Shown here one piece after another: positions 10,254-19,615 of a DNA stretch of 64,000 bases. This DNA is from Nitrospirota bacterium. GTDB lineage: Bacteria > Nitrospirota > UBA9217. Position 1 is the first letter of the stretch. Each line of letters opens with the position of its first letter. The notes under the pieces are model-generated. The model made no database searches. It saw only the letters and a program-made list of their open reading frames with translations, and had not been told where the DNA came from. The position numbers and the translations under genes were made by a program. The stretch spans positions 64,001 to 128,000 of the forward strand of contig OY760142.1 of the NCBI GenBank assembly GCA_963663225.1. The letters are read 5' to 3'.

Positions 10254-10412
10254 TCATATTTTGACAAAAGCATCCTTGCCTGCTCCGCAAACCGGACAAA
10301 CCCAGGAATCAGGAATTTTTTCAAAAGGCGTGCCCGGCGCAATACCATTCTCGGGATCGCCAACGGCAGGGTCATAAATCCAATCACAAATGGTGCATTT
10401 CCATTTATCCAT
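10254..10412 (-). CDS. Rubredoxin (52 aa, not in the ORF track)
   Basis: Hand translation [52 protein letters not shown]; AGGAGG RBS. Confidence 0.96.
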   Translation of the reverse strand: MDKWKCTICDWIYDPAVGDPENGIAPGTPFEKIPDSWVCPVCGAGKDAFVKI

Positions 10413-10549
10413 GCAAACCTCCTGAAAAAATATAAAAATTTGTTCATGCAGGGGTAGTTATTATGAGGGCTTAGATACTAGTATAGCATATGCATCCTCT
10501 CATCAAGGTCTAGCTTTTTGTCACTATTACCATCTGATGGATACCAGAT

Positions 10550-10655
10550 GGAAGCATCCTTTGGCCTAAGGGCTGGGAAATTGCCTTAATGAAAATACAA
10601 GCAAAAGTACCACGAAATGGCCAATCGTGAGAAAAGGAAGTAACTCCTTGCCAAT
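10550..10655. promoter_or_regulatory. Duplicated cis-element, copy A (two GGAAG-N-TTG(G)CC boxes flanking ATACAAGCA)
   Basis: ggaagcatcctttggcc at 10550 and ggaagtaactccttgccaat at 10636; same architecture recurs at 11409-11522. Confidence 0.5.
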
Positions 10656-10924
10656 AAGTTAATTTGTATTATTCGGCAATATAACGAGCATTTAGAGGAT
10701 GTCTGAGTAACCGGACGTTTGTTTCAAAATAGCTATCCGATCTGCAACAAACAGCACTTATTCTGGCCGCCTTTGAAGAATACTTTACTATATATTTCAC
10801 TGTGACATATGGAACAAAGCCAGGCCCTCATTCTGTGATGTTCACCTACGATTCTGCACTGAGCAAATTGTCAACAGCATACAAGACTTCTAGTCAAATC
10901 ATGCATTTTTTATAAAACCTTGGG

Positions 10925-11149
10925 TTACTTTTTTTTGCTTCTTTCCTTAAAAAATACTTTTTCAAATAACATAGTAATGAATACTGCGATAGGAATGATC
11001 AATATAAGTTCAAAAATATTTTTTAATGAAAATATATCATTATTGCTAGAGACCGATATCTGATGTAACTTAACGATAATAACGAGTGCCAAGCAGAGAA
11101 CTACTCTAACAATTATTTTGGACTTATTTTTCTTCATAAAGTGGTTCAT
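10925..11149 (-). CDS. Small AT-rich two-TM membrane protein
   Basis: 74-aa ORF with two hydrophobic segments and Lys-rich ends; AGGA upstream. Confidence 0.5.
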   Translation of the reverse strand: MNHFMKKNKSKIIVRVVLCLALVIIVKLHQISVSSNNDIFSLKNIFELILIIPIAVFITMLFEKVFFKERSKKK

Positions 11150-11408
11150 TTAATTTAATCTGTCCTAAAGTTTGAGAGGTTTAAATAACCAGGAAGTTTT
11201 CAGTATGCGTATTATATATGATAATCTGCAGTTTCGAAAGAGTTCTTATTATTTGTCGCCCCCCTCCGTTTAGACAAGTTATGGTAGACTGTCGGACAGA
11301 ATCTTTAGCCCTTGGGGCAGAAAGAAACTTATCCTGAGCAAACTGGTCACAACATCCCCACAACGCGATTGGTAAATCACCGTCTATTGTTCTAAAATTG
11401 CAAACAGA

Positions 11409-11522
11409 GGAAGTATCTTTTTGGCCAATCATGCAGCTTACATCGCATATGTTAAATTATTTTAGCTAGATACAAGCATGAAATACAGTTTACTTAACGA
11501 AAAGGAAGCATCTTTTGGCCAA
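11409..11522. promoter_or_regulatory. Duplicated cis-element, copy B
   Basis: ggaagtatctttttggccaat at 11409 and ggaagcatcttttggccaa at 11504, with atacaagca between. Confidence 0.5.
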
Positions 11523-11560
11523 AATGGTCAAAAGATGGCAATAGTGACCCTTTTTGTTCA

Positions 11561-12745
11561 TCAATTCATCCGCTTTCTAAAACGAAGTGCGCTCAGAGCC
11601 ATAACCACGCATCCGATGAGGAGCAAAATCAACATCTGGGGCCAAAGAATATCAAGGCCCACCCCTTTCAAAAAAACACCCCGGATAATGACGAGGAAAT
11701 ATCGGAGAGGGTTGAGATACGTCACATACTGAAAGACATCCGGCATGCTCTCAATGGGGAACGCAAAACCCGAAAGCAATATGGCGGGCATGACGAAGAG
11801 CATCGAGGCCATCAACGCCTGCTGCTGAGTTTTCGATACTGTGGATATGAAAAGACCGGTGCCCAGTACCGAAAGAAGATAGATGACTGTGCCTGCTAAA
11901 AGAATCAGGAGAGATCCTTGAATGGGCACATCAAACCAGAATATCCCCATTATTGTTACAAGCAACATGTCGACAAGTCCGATTACGGCAAACGGGATCG
12001 TCTTGCCGAGCATGAGTTCGAAGGGCATGATAGGCGTTACCATGAGCTGTTCCATGGTTCCCACCTCGCGTTCACGCACCACTGCCATTGAGGTAAGCAT
12101 CAGCGCGATGATCAAGATAACGGTCGCGATAACTCCTGGGACGTAATAATTTCTGCTTTTCAGATCGGGATTGTACCATGCCGTGGCTCGCAAATCGATT
12201 GCCGCCCCTGAAACACCTATAGCCGGCTTCATCGAATCAAGCGCAAATTCTCCGATGATTCTGTTCGCATAGCCCTGCGCAATAAGGGCCGTATTGGAAT
12301 ACGTCCCGTCGACAATCACCTGGACCTCGGTCGGGACTCCTTTTTTCAGGTCCTTTCCAAAACCCCGGTTAATCTGTACCGCACACAGTACTTTTCCCCG
12401 GTCGAGCAGATCCTTGATCTCCTCGATTGATGCCGGTGTATGCTTTGTCGTGAAGTAACCGGAAGCTTCGAATCTCCGCATCAATTCCCGGCTCTCATAC
12501 GATTTGTCGAGATCCAGGAACGCCGTGGAGATACTGTTGACGTCCATGGTAACAGCATAACCGAACAGGATAATCTGAATGAGCGGAGGCGCAAAAAGAA
12601 AAAATCTCAGCTTTTTATCCCGAAATACATGGATAAATTCCTTGATGACAATTTGTTTTATCCGTTCAATTCTTCTTTGCCAGGGACCCAATGAAAACTC
12701 CTGTCGGACCGGGCGCAGGTCCGTCGCGCACATGCGCACCTTCAC
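11561..12745 (-). CDS. ABC-2 type permease (YbhR-like)
   Basis: KEFIHVFRD, WYNPDL, VREREVGTMEQLMVTP, LSGFAFPI. Confidence 0.92.
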   Translation of the reverse strand: MKVRMCATDLRPVRQEFSLGPWQRRIERIKQIVIKEFIHVFRDKKLRFFLFAPPLIQIILFGYAVTMDVNSISTAFLDLDKSYESRELMRRFEASGYFTTKHTPASIEEIKDLLDRGKVLCAVQINRGFGKDLKKGVPTEVQVIVDGTYSNTALIAQGYANRIIGEFALDSMKPAIGVSGAAIDLRATAWYNPDLKSRNYYVPGVIATVILIIALMLTSMAVVREREVGTMEQLMVTPIMPFELMLGKTIPFAVIGLVDMLLVTIMGIFWFDVPIQGSLLILLAGTVIYLLSVLGTGLFISTVSKTQQQALMASMLFVMPAILLSGFAFPIESMPDVFQYVTYLNPLRYFLVIIRGVFLKGVGLDILWPQMLILLLIGCVVMALSALRFRKRMN

Positions 12746-13851
12746 ACGACCTTTTTCCTGAATTTCTTGTTCACCAGCCCAAATATGATAATCCCGTACA
12801 AAACCAGCAGCAGTACTTCGCCGGCAAGGATCTGCAGGGAGCTTCCCTTCAAAAAAAGGTCATTCAATATAGTGACAAAGTAGCGTGCAGGAAAAAGATA
12901 GGTGACGAATTGCAGGGGTTTGGGCATATTCGCAATGGCGAACATAAATCCGGAAAGCAGGAACGCCGGTAAAAACGTGCTTAGAAGTGACATCTGGCTC
13001 GCCACAACCTGGGTCTTGGCAACAATAGAGATGAGAATGCCCCAGCAAAGCGCCCCGAAGAGGAAAATACACGAGAGGGCAAAAAGGAGAAAAAGACTTC
13101 CCCGAAGCGGTACGTCGAATATAACAGTGGCCATAAAAACAGACCCAACCGTGTCTATAAAGCCGATAATAAAATAAGGGATGAGCTTCCCGATGATAAG
13201 TTCCGGAGTCTTGATCGGTGTGGATATTAGCTGTTCCATCGTACCGCGGTCCCACTCTTTCGCAATGGTGAGCGACGTAAGCAGGGCGGCAATAACGGAC
13301 ATGATCAACGCAATCAATCCAGGTATGATAAAATTCTTCGATTTGAGTTCCGAATTGTACCAAACCCGGGTACGGGCATCGATAAGAGGTTTTACACGTA
13401 CTCCTCTCAGCCTCTGGGTATATTGTTCCGCTATTGCCGTAACATATCCCTGGGCAATGGTCGCCGTGTTCGAATCGCTTCCATCCATAATTACGCCGAC
13501 TTGCGAGGACCGTCCTGCATGAAGATCCTTTGAAAAATCCTGCGGGATAATGATGGCGAGCTTGGCCCTGCCGGAGTCGAGATACCGGTCTATCTCCCGA
13601 TAGCTCTCAATATGAGCGACAATGGTGAAGTATCCGGATTCCCTGAGCTCCGCCGCATACTCGCGGCTCATGCTGCTGGAATCTAGGTCGTACACCACCG
13701 CCGGGATATCATTGATGTCGATGGTAACAGCGTATCCGAAGATGATCAAAAGTATGACCGGCATCAGAAACGCCATGGCGAGGCTGTAGGGATCCCGCCA
13801 TATCTGGACAAGTTCTTTTTTGGCTATGGCTTTGATGCGGAGTAGTTTCAT
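12742..13851 (-). CDS. ABC-2 type permease (YbhS-like)
   Basis: KELVQIWRD, WYNSEL, KEWDRGTMEQLISTP. Confidence 0.92.
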   Translation of the reverse strand: MKLLRIKAIAKKELVQIWRDPYSLAMAFLMPVILLIIFGYAVTIDINDIPAVVYDLDSSSMSREYAAELRESGYFTIVAHIESYREIDRYLDSGRAKLAIIIPQDFSKDLHAGRSSQVGVIMDGSDSNTATIAQGYVTAIAEQYTQRLRGVRVKPLIDARTRVWYNSELKSKNFIIPGLIALIMSVIAALLTSLTIAKEWDRGTMEQLISTPIKTPELIIGKLIPYFIIGFIDTVGSVFMATVIFDVPLRGSLFLLFALSCIFLFGALCWGILISIVAKTQVVASQMSLLSTFLPAFLLSGFMFAIANMPKPLQFVTYLFPARYFVTILNDLFLKGSSLQILAGEVLLLVLYGIIIFGLVNKKFRKKVV

Positions 13852-13880
13852 ATGCCTTGCTCAATAGGTCGTCTGCCGGA

Positions 13881-14810
13881 TCAGGAAACCTCAATCAACG
13901 TAACAAATACATCCTCAAGCGAGGGCGCTATTTTCGCGACTCTGCCGGGTGCGATTCCCGATCTTGCGAGTATTTCGTGTATGACCGGCAGAGAAGCTTC
14001 GGCATCCTTCACGGTAGCATGCAGGGTGCTGCCGAAAATAGCGGCTTCCATGCCATGTTTGTTGAGCACGTCAAGTGCTTCAACCGTTTTCTCGGTCGTT
14101 ATTTCGAGCACGTCCCTGGTCATATATTTCACTCTCAACTCGTTCGGCGTGCCTTCCGCAATGATCTTCCCGCGATAGATCAGGGCGAGACGGTCGCAAT
14201 AATCGGCTTCGTCCATATAGTGCGTCGTTACAAACACCGTCGTTCCGGCGCCGGACATTTCATAAATCAGGTTCCAGAAATTCCTTCGTGAAACCGGGTC
14301 GACACCCGACGTCGGCTCGTCCAGAAACAATATCTTCGGCTCGTGAAGAACAGCGCACCCAAGAGCAAGCCGTTGTTTGAAGCCACCGGGAAGCGTTTTG
14401 GTAATAGCGTTTTTTCTGTCGGATATCCCGGCCATGTTCAGAACCCACTGCATGCGGGCCGCTCGCCTTTCCTCCGGAACATTGTAAACGCCGCTGAAAA
14501 AAGCGATGTTTTCGGCCACCGTAATATCATCATAGAGGGAAAATTTCTGCGACATGTATCCGATGTTCTGCTTTATCATTTCGGATTGAGTAATGATATC
14601 GTATCCGCCTACAGTTCCCACCCCTCCCGTGGGCAAAAGAAGCCCGCAGAGCATGCGGATGGTGGTCGACTTTCCCGCTCCATTCGGGCCGAGGAACCCG
14701 AATATCTCACCTTTTTTTACCTCAAGATTGATATTGTCCACAGCGGTAAAGCGTCCGAACGTCCGTGTAAGTCCCTGCACGGTGACGGCTATGTTTTCCC
14801 GGTTCTCCAT
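13881..14810 (-). CDS. ABC transporter ATP-binding protein
   Basis: GPNGAGKST, LPGGFKQR, FLDEPTSGVD. Confidence 0.94.
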   Translation of the reverse strand: MENRENIAVTVQGLTRTFGRFTAVDNINLEVKKGEIFGFLGPNGAGKSTTIRMLCGLLLPTGGVGTVGGYDIITQSEMIKQNIGYMSQKFSLYDDITVAENIAFFSGVYNVPEERRAARMQWVLNMAGISDRKNAITKTLPGGFKQRLALGCAVLHEPKILFLDEPTSGVDPVSRRNFWNLIYEMSGAGTTVFVTTHYMDEADYCDRLALIYRGKIIAEGTPNELRVKYMTRDVLEITTEKTVEALDVLNKHGMEAAIFGSTLHATVKDAEASLPVIHEILARSGIAPGRVAKIAPSLEDVFVTLIEVS

Positions 14811-14863
14811 TTTTCAATTTATGAGCAAAAACGCATAACTGCACGATGCATGCATCGAAACTG

Positions 14864-15781
14864 TCATCGTTCAACCATCGAAATAAATACATCTTCCAGA
14901 GAAGGCGTAATGTCCCGGCTGTCCTTTATCGCAACTCCCGCATCATGAAGTCTTCGAAGCACAGCAGGAGCGGCTTCCCGATTATCCAGGGTCAAATGCA
15001 ATTTGTCGCCGTAAATGCTGACACGTTTGATGCCAACGACACTCATGGCTTTTTTCTGGGCAGTTCGGGCGTTCTCCGTCCACAATTCGATCATCGGCAA
15101 ACCGAGCGACAGCTTCACGTTCACCGGTGCATTTTCAATCAATATTTTCCCTTTATGCAAAAGCCCGATCCTGGTGCACCGTTCCGCTTCGTCGAGATAG
15201 GCGGTGGAAACAAATATGGTGACACCTTCCTTCAGAAGACTATAGAGAATCTTCCAAAAATCCCTGCGGGATACGGGATCGACACCATTCGTAGGTTCGT
15301 CAAGAAACAGCACCTCCGGCGTGTGAACAAGAGAACAGGCAAGCCCCAGTTTCTGCTTCATGCCTCCCGAAAGCGCACCCGCAAGCCGGTCCTTGAATGG
15401 GGTCAGATTGCTGAAACCCAGCAGCCGTTCAATCCGGGGAGGACGGTCCCGCTTCGGGACTTCGTACAGATCGGCATAAAATTGTATATTTTCCATTACC
15501 GTCAGGTCTTCGTACAATCCGAATCGCTGCGACATGTACCCGATCTTTTCTTTGACGATCTCTTCTTCGGTAAGGATTGAGTGTCCTGCAATCCAGGCCT
15601 CTCCTCCGGTAGGATCCATAATCGCCGAAAGAAGACGCATGATCGTGGTTTTTCCCGCTCCGTCTGGCCCCACGAGGCCGTAGAGTTCTCCCTTCTTGAT
15701 CTCGAGGTTAAGATCGTTTACCGCAATGGTATCGCCGAAGGACTTGGTAAGGTTGGTCGTCTTGATGCTAATCACATTCAT
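14864..15781 (-). CDS. ABC transporter ATP-binding protein
   Basis: GPDGAGKTT, LSGGMKQK, FLDEPTNGVD. Confidence 0.94.
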   Translation of the reverse strand: MNVISIKTTNLTKSFGDTIAVNDLNLEIKKGELYGLVGPDGAGKTTIMRLLSAIMDPTGGEAWIAGHSILTEEEIVKEKIGYMSQRFGLYEDLTVMENIQFYADLYEVPKRDRPPRIERLLGFSNLTPFKDRLAGALSGGMKQKLGLACSLVHTPEVLFLDEPTNGVDPVSRRDFWKILYSLLKEGVTIFVSTAYLDEAERCTRIGLLHKGKILIENAPVNVKLSLGLPMIELWTENARTAQKKAMSVVGIKRVSIYGDKLHLTLDNREAAPAVLRRLHDAGVAIKDSRDITPSLEDVFISMVER

Positions 15782-15796
15782 AACTGGAGCTCTGTT

Positions 15797-16663
15797 TTAT
15801 TGAAGGATAATTTTAACGTCTGCGGGCATTCCGGGCTTGAGTTCATTATTCTCATTTTTGACTTTCACTTTGACCCCGAACACGAGCTTCACCCGCTCTT
15901 CCTGTGTCTGGACGTTTTTGGGGGTGAATTCCGCTTCCGAGGAAATATACGACACGGTCCCTTCATATGTTTTTTGGGGATGGGAATCCGTCCGCACCTC
16001 CGCTTTTTGTCCCAGTTTTACAAAACCGAGTTTGCTTTCCTTTACATAAACTTTTATCCATGGATTTTCAAGATCACCGATCGTAAAGACAGGCGTTCCG
16101 GCCCCCACGGTTTCCCCTTCTTCCACGTTCTTGATAAGCACAACACCCGAAACCGGCGCCTGGAGGAGGGTGTCCTGCAATCTCACTTCGGAGGTCTTGA
16201 GCGTTGCGCCTGAGAATCTGAGTTGCGAGTTTGCCGCGTCGTATGCTGTTTTTGCAGCATCCATTTGCTGGGATGTTATTACGCCCTGACGATGGAGAGG
16301 ACCATACCGCTCGAAATCCTTCTTCGCTTTTTCCAACTGTGCTTCTGCATTGCTCACAGCGGCCCGGTTCTGTATCACGAAGCTTTCTTGTTCGGCACTG
16401 TCAAGAACGGCAATTCTTTCCCCCTTGGAAACAACTCTTCCTTCGTCTGTGTAAAGGTTCTGCACCCGTCCGGGTATTTTAAATCCGACCCGAACCTCGG
16501 TCACCTCCACGTTGCCTGACAGTTCCAGTATGTTCGTATTCTGACTCCTGCTGATCTGCCTGAACGCAACAACTGTCCCTATCAGTCCTAGTATGACGAT
16601 GAGACCGACGATTATGAAGGCCTTCTTTTTCTTCCGCGCGTTGCCGCTCTGTTCTTCAACCAT
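15797..16663 (-). CDS. HlyD/YbhG-family membrane fusion protein
   Basis: N-terminal TM, SGNVE, APVSG, AEFTPKNVQT, LKPGMPAD. Confidence 0.92.
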   Translation of the reverse strand: MVEEQSGNARKKKKAFIIVGLIVILGLIGTVVAFRQISRSQNTNILELSGNVEVTEVRVGFKIPGRVQNLYTDEGRVVSKGERIAVLDSAEQESFVIQNRAAVSNAEAQLEKAKKDFERYGPLHRQGVITSQQMDAAKTAYDAANSQLRFSGATLKTSEVRLQDTLLQAPVSGVVLIKNVEEGETVGAGTPVFTIGDLENPWIKVYVKESKLGFVKLGQKAEVRTDSHPQKTYEGTVSYISSEAEFTPKNVQTQEERVKLVFGVKVKVKNENNELKPGMPADVKIILQ

Positions 16664-16687
16664 ATGCTCTCCCGCTCCCCTCCCGGG

Positions 16688-17992
16688 TTATTTTCCACTC
16701 CCCTGAACCCCATACACGCCCTGAAGATCTTTCCCCATGGAGTACAACAGCCCCGCCTCTGCCCGCTCCGCGTCATACCGCGCCCGCCACCAGTTCGTCT
16801 GGGCCGTGGACATGAGCGTGACCGCATCCAATACTTCAATGGCTGTTCCGACTCCCTCCTGGTACCGCAGCCGCTGCAGCCGGAGGTTCTCCTCTGCCTG
16901 TGCCACCGATGTCTTCATGACCTCGATCCGCTGCTCCGAACTCCGCAGATCCTGATGCGCGTTCTTTACATCCAGCCGGACCGCGTCAATGATCTTCTCT
17001 CTCGTGATCCGGAGCGAATGGAGTTCCGCTTTGCCCGCGGCCACCCTGGCACGGGTCCCTCCGCCGGACGACAGGTTGATGCTGATCCCGGCAAGCAAAG
17101 ACCAGTTGTCCTGGTGCACGACGTATTGGTTCTCCTGGTACTGGTATCCTCCCTGCAGGAAGAGGTTCGGCAGATATTCCGACCGGATGGACTTGATGCT
17201 TTCCTCCTGGCCTGAAATCCCGGCGTCTATTACCCCGATTTCCGGACTCTCCGCCTCTGCCGTTGCCCAGGCCTGTTCGAGCGTTATGGCCGGTATCGGG
17301 CTTTTGGCGACCTCCTCCGGCTGTACCGGGTCATTTAACGGCCGGAGCAGCTGGCTGTTCACCCGGGACGCCCGGAAGGACCGGAGGTTCTCTGCTAAAA
17401 GCAGCCGCTGGCGGGAATCCGCCAGCTTCACATCCGCTTCCAGCACTTCGTTCCGGGTGACCACGCCCGCGCTATACCGCGCGTCGGCGTCTTTTTTGTG
17501 GCCTTCGTACCGCTGGACGTCTTCCCCGGCCACCTGGAGCAGCTTGTCCGCTTCCAAAAGGTCATAATATGCAATGATAAAATCCAGGGCTGACCGGTTT
17601 GCGGCCCGCCGGGTCTCGATCTCTTTTGCTTTGAGTGCGTATTTTGCCGCGTCTATGGAAGAATAGGTCTTGCCGAAATCGTACAGTATCTGGGTGGCGC
17701 TCAGACCGTAGGCGTAATACCGGTCATTGGATGTGGGCATGGTACCGAAGGGGGTTTTGGCCGCGGGCTGGTTTGCGAGCCACGTCTGGTTTGCGTAGAC
17801 GTCAATCCTGGGAAACAGGCCGGAGCGCGCCGCCCATACGCTGCTCTGGGCCGACTCCTCGCGGGTCCGAGCTATCCGGATGTCCCGCCCCGTCTCTCTC
17901 ACAATCCGAAGACCCTCTCCCAAATTCAATGCCTCCGCTCCCAAGGGAAACAGAAAAACACAGAACATAAAAAGAAAAAGCAGGTGTCTCAT
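16688..17992 (-). CDS. TolC-family outer membrane efflux protein
   Basis: Signal peptide from MRHLLF (ATGA overlap with TetR stop); LYDFG, RYQEGVGTAIEVLDA. Confidence 0.9.
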   Translation of the reverse strand: MRHLLFLFMFCVFLFPLGAEALNLGEGLRIVRETGRDIRIARTREESAQSSVWAARSGLFPRIDVYANQTWLANQPAAKTPFGTMPTSNDRYYAYGLSATQILYDFGKTYSSIDAAKYALKAKEIETRRAANRSALDFIIAYYDLLEADKLLQVAGEDVQRYEGHKKDADARYSAGVVTRNEVLEADVKLADSRQRLLLAENLRSFRASRVNSQLLRPLNDPVQPEEVAKSPIPAITLEQAWATAEAESPEIGVIDAGISGQEESIKSIRSEYLPNLFLQGGYQYQENQYVVHQDNWSLLAGISINLSSGGGTRARVAAGKAELHSLRITREKIIDAVRLDVKNAHQDLRSSEQRIEVMKTSVAQAEENLRLQRLRYQEGVGTAIEVLDAVTLMSTAQTNWWRARYDAERAEAGLLYSMGKDLQGVYGVQGSGK

Positions 17993-18615
17993 GCTTTTGC
18001 ACCGCTTTTTCCGGCAAGAATGCATTTTTCGAAATTTTTCCAAAGCTTCATTCCCTCTCTTCTTAGAGAAAATGAAAAACCACTCAACGACCACCTGAAT
18101 GCCAGCCCCTGCACCATTGCGATAAACATCAAAGCAACCGTCTGAGGAACAAGATCGGCCCGTATGTCTTTTTGTTGTTGTCCTTCTTTCAAGATTGAGG
18201 CGAGCCGTGCTGAAAAAGCGTACATTGTCTGGATCACCTTTTTTCTTAATTCCTTATTTACGTGAAGTTCTTCGGAAAACAAAAAGCGCGGAAGTCCCCG
18301 GTTGTTTTCCATAAGATCAAGTTGAAGAGAAAAAAATCGTCTCAAAATTTTGATGGGAGAGGAAGCGGCCTGGGAAGCGGCCTCAACATTTTCCCGGATT
18401 CTGCCCCGAACGTATTCAAAACAGGCGACATAAATCTCGTCCTTGCTCCTTACATGACGGTACAGGTTTGCCTCGGACATGCCGACTTCCCTGGCTATTG
18501 CCGCCGTCGTCAGGCTGCTTATGCCCTGCGCGCCGATGATTTTCAGGACTGCCTGCACGATTTGCTCCCGACGAACATCTCCGCGTATTTTTTTTGATTT
18601 TGAAGAAATCTGCAC
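17989..18615 (-). CDS. TetR/AcrR-family regulator
   Basis: HTH LTTAAIAREVGMSEANLYRH..SKDEI; first gene of the efflux operon. Confidence 0.93.
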   Translation of the reverse strand: MQISSKSKKIRGDVRREQIVQAVLKIIGAQGISSLTTAAIAREVGMSEANLYRHVRSKDEIYVACFEYVRGRIRENVEAASQAASSPIKILRRFFSLQLDLMENNRGLPRFLFSEELHVNKELRKKVIQTMYAFSARLASILKEGQQQKDIRADLVPQTVALMFIAMVQGLAFRWSLSGFSFSLRREGMKLWKNFEKCILAGKSGAKA

Positions 18616-18625
18616 GGTTCACCTC

Positions 18626-18649
18626 ATGTAAGTAAATGTTCACTTACAT
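18626..18649. promoter_or_regulatory. Putative TetR operator
   Basis: Inverted repeat ATGTAAGT-N8-ACTTACAT between the -10 box and the TetR start. Confidence 0.75.
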
Positions 18650-18651
18650 TA

Positions 18652-18679
18652 AGTATAAATCGTTTCGTCTTTTTGTCAA
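18652..18679 (-). promoter_or_regulatory. Sigma70 promoter of the efflux operon
   Basis: TTGACA-16 nt-TATACT on the minus strand. Confidence 0.65.
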
Positions 18680-18784
18680 GTCGATTTTTCAGTGCGAATT
18701 ATTTTTTTCTGCTGTCAAACACGTTGTCAACCGGCTAAAACAAGGCAGGGTTCTGAAGCAGCTTTTTGACTGAGTGGAGCCATT

Positions 18785-18890
18785 TCCGGCGGGAGCCGGA
18801 GGCTCCCTCGATAAACGTGAGCGCAGGGCACGGTTTACTGCATTCCTCCCCCGATTAAAACGGGAGATTCTCTGTCGCAGGGATTGACAG
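18785..18890 (-). repeat. Dispersed intergenic repeat, long copy
   Basis: Reverse complement of 18861-18890 matches 32957-32986 at 27/30; 18785-18798 matches 32985-32998 at 13/14. Confidence 0.7.
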
Positions 18891-18981
18891 CGGGAAAGAA
18901 GCCGTTATAATAACGTATTCCAAGAGGTGCAGCTTCTTCAAACGAAAATTCATCAATGCATTTCTGCAGACGGAGTCTAAA

Positions 18982-19533
18982 ATGTTCCTGCGTTCTTTCA
19001 GCAAAAACAAATACTCAATGGTAGTTATTTTTTTCAGCTTTTTTTTGATACTGCCGTATGTCGGCAATGAGCAGTCACTTGCAAACCCTTCGCTCCAGGA
19101 GGCACGGGTAACGAATGTCAATGACGGAGATACCGTAACGCTCTCAATAAACGGACGGATTCACCGCACGCGCCTTATCGGAATTGACGCCCCTGAGATG
19201 GGTCAGAAGCCCTGGGGCGAAAGGTCGAAAGAACACCTTATCGGCATTATGAAGCAAAACGGCTGGATGGTTTACGTCGAAACCGATATCGTAAAAACCG
19301 ACAAGTATAACCGGCTCCTCGCCTATCTCTGGACAAAGGAAAACGAACTTATCAACGAGCGCATGCTGCGGGATGGTTATGCGGTACTGTTCACCATACA
19401 ACCGAACAGCAAACATGTGCAGCGTTTTAAAAAAGTACAGCGCATTGCCCGCCAGGAAAAAAAAGGCATCTGGGGACCCGACGGCCTCAGGGAAAAACCA
19501 TTGGATTATAAAAAACGACATCCACGAGAATAA
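18982..19533 (+). CDS. Thermonuclease (SNase) family exported nuclease
   Basis: VNDGDT, RLIGIDAPE, DKYNRLLAY, GYA, KGIWG; hydrophobic N-terminus. Confidence 0.92.
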   Translation: MFLRSFSKNKYSMVVIFFSFFLILPYVGNEQSLANPSLQEARVTNVNDGDTVTLSINGRIHRTRLIGIDAPEMGQKPWGERSKEHLIGIMKQNGWMVYVETDIVKTDKYNRLLAYLWTKENELINERMLRDGYAVLFTIQPNSKHVQRFKKVQRIARQEKKGIWGPDGLREKPLDYKKRHPRE

Positions 19534-19569
19534 ACCGGCCCCTTCAGAACACATACGTACGAACTAACG

Positions 19570-19595
19570 ACCGGAATCACCGTTTTGATTCCGGT
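19570..19595. terminator. Hairpin between convergent genes
   Basis: ACCGGAATCA-N6-TGATTCCGGT perfect 10-bp stem. Confidence 0.6.
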
Positions 19596-19615
19596 CCGGG
19601 TAATACTCCCCCAGT

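Noticed and set aside
10217-10457. ORF-track ORFs 10217..10447 (-) and 10233..10457 (+)
   Set aside because: Both overlap a clear rubredoxin in another frame that has a strong RBS.
11181-11432. 83-aa ORF in the AT-rich island
   Set aside because: No RBS or recognisable motif, and it starts inside the repeated cis-element.
10550-11522. Repeated boxes read as sigma-54 promoters or CRISPR repeats
   Set aside because: On the minus strand the GG-to-GC spacing is 9 nt, or the GC is absent, rather than GG-N10-GC. The copies are too degenerate and irregularly spaced for CRISPR.
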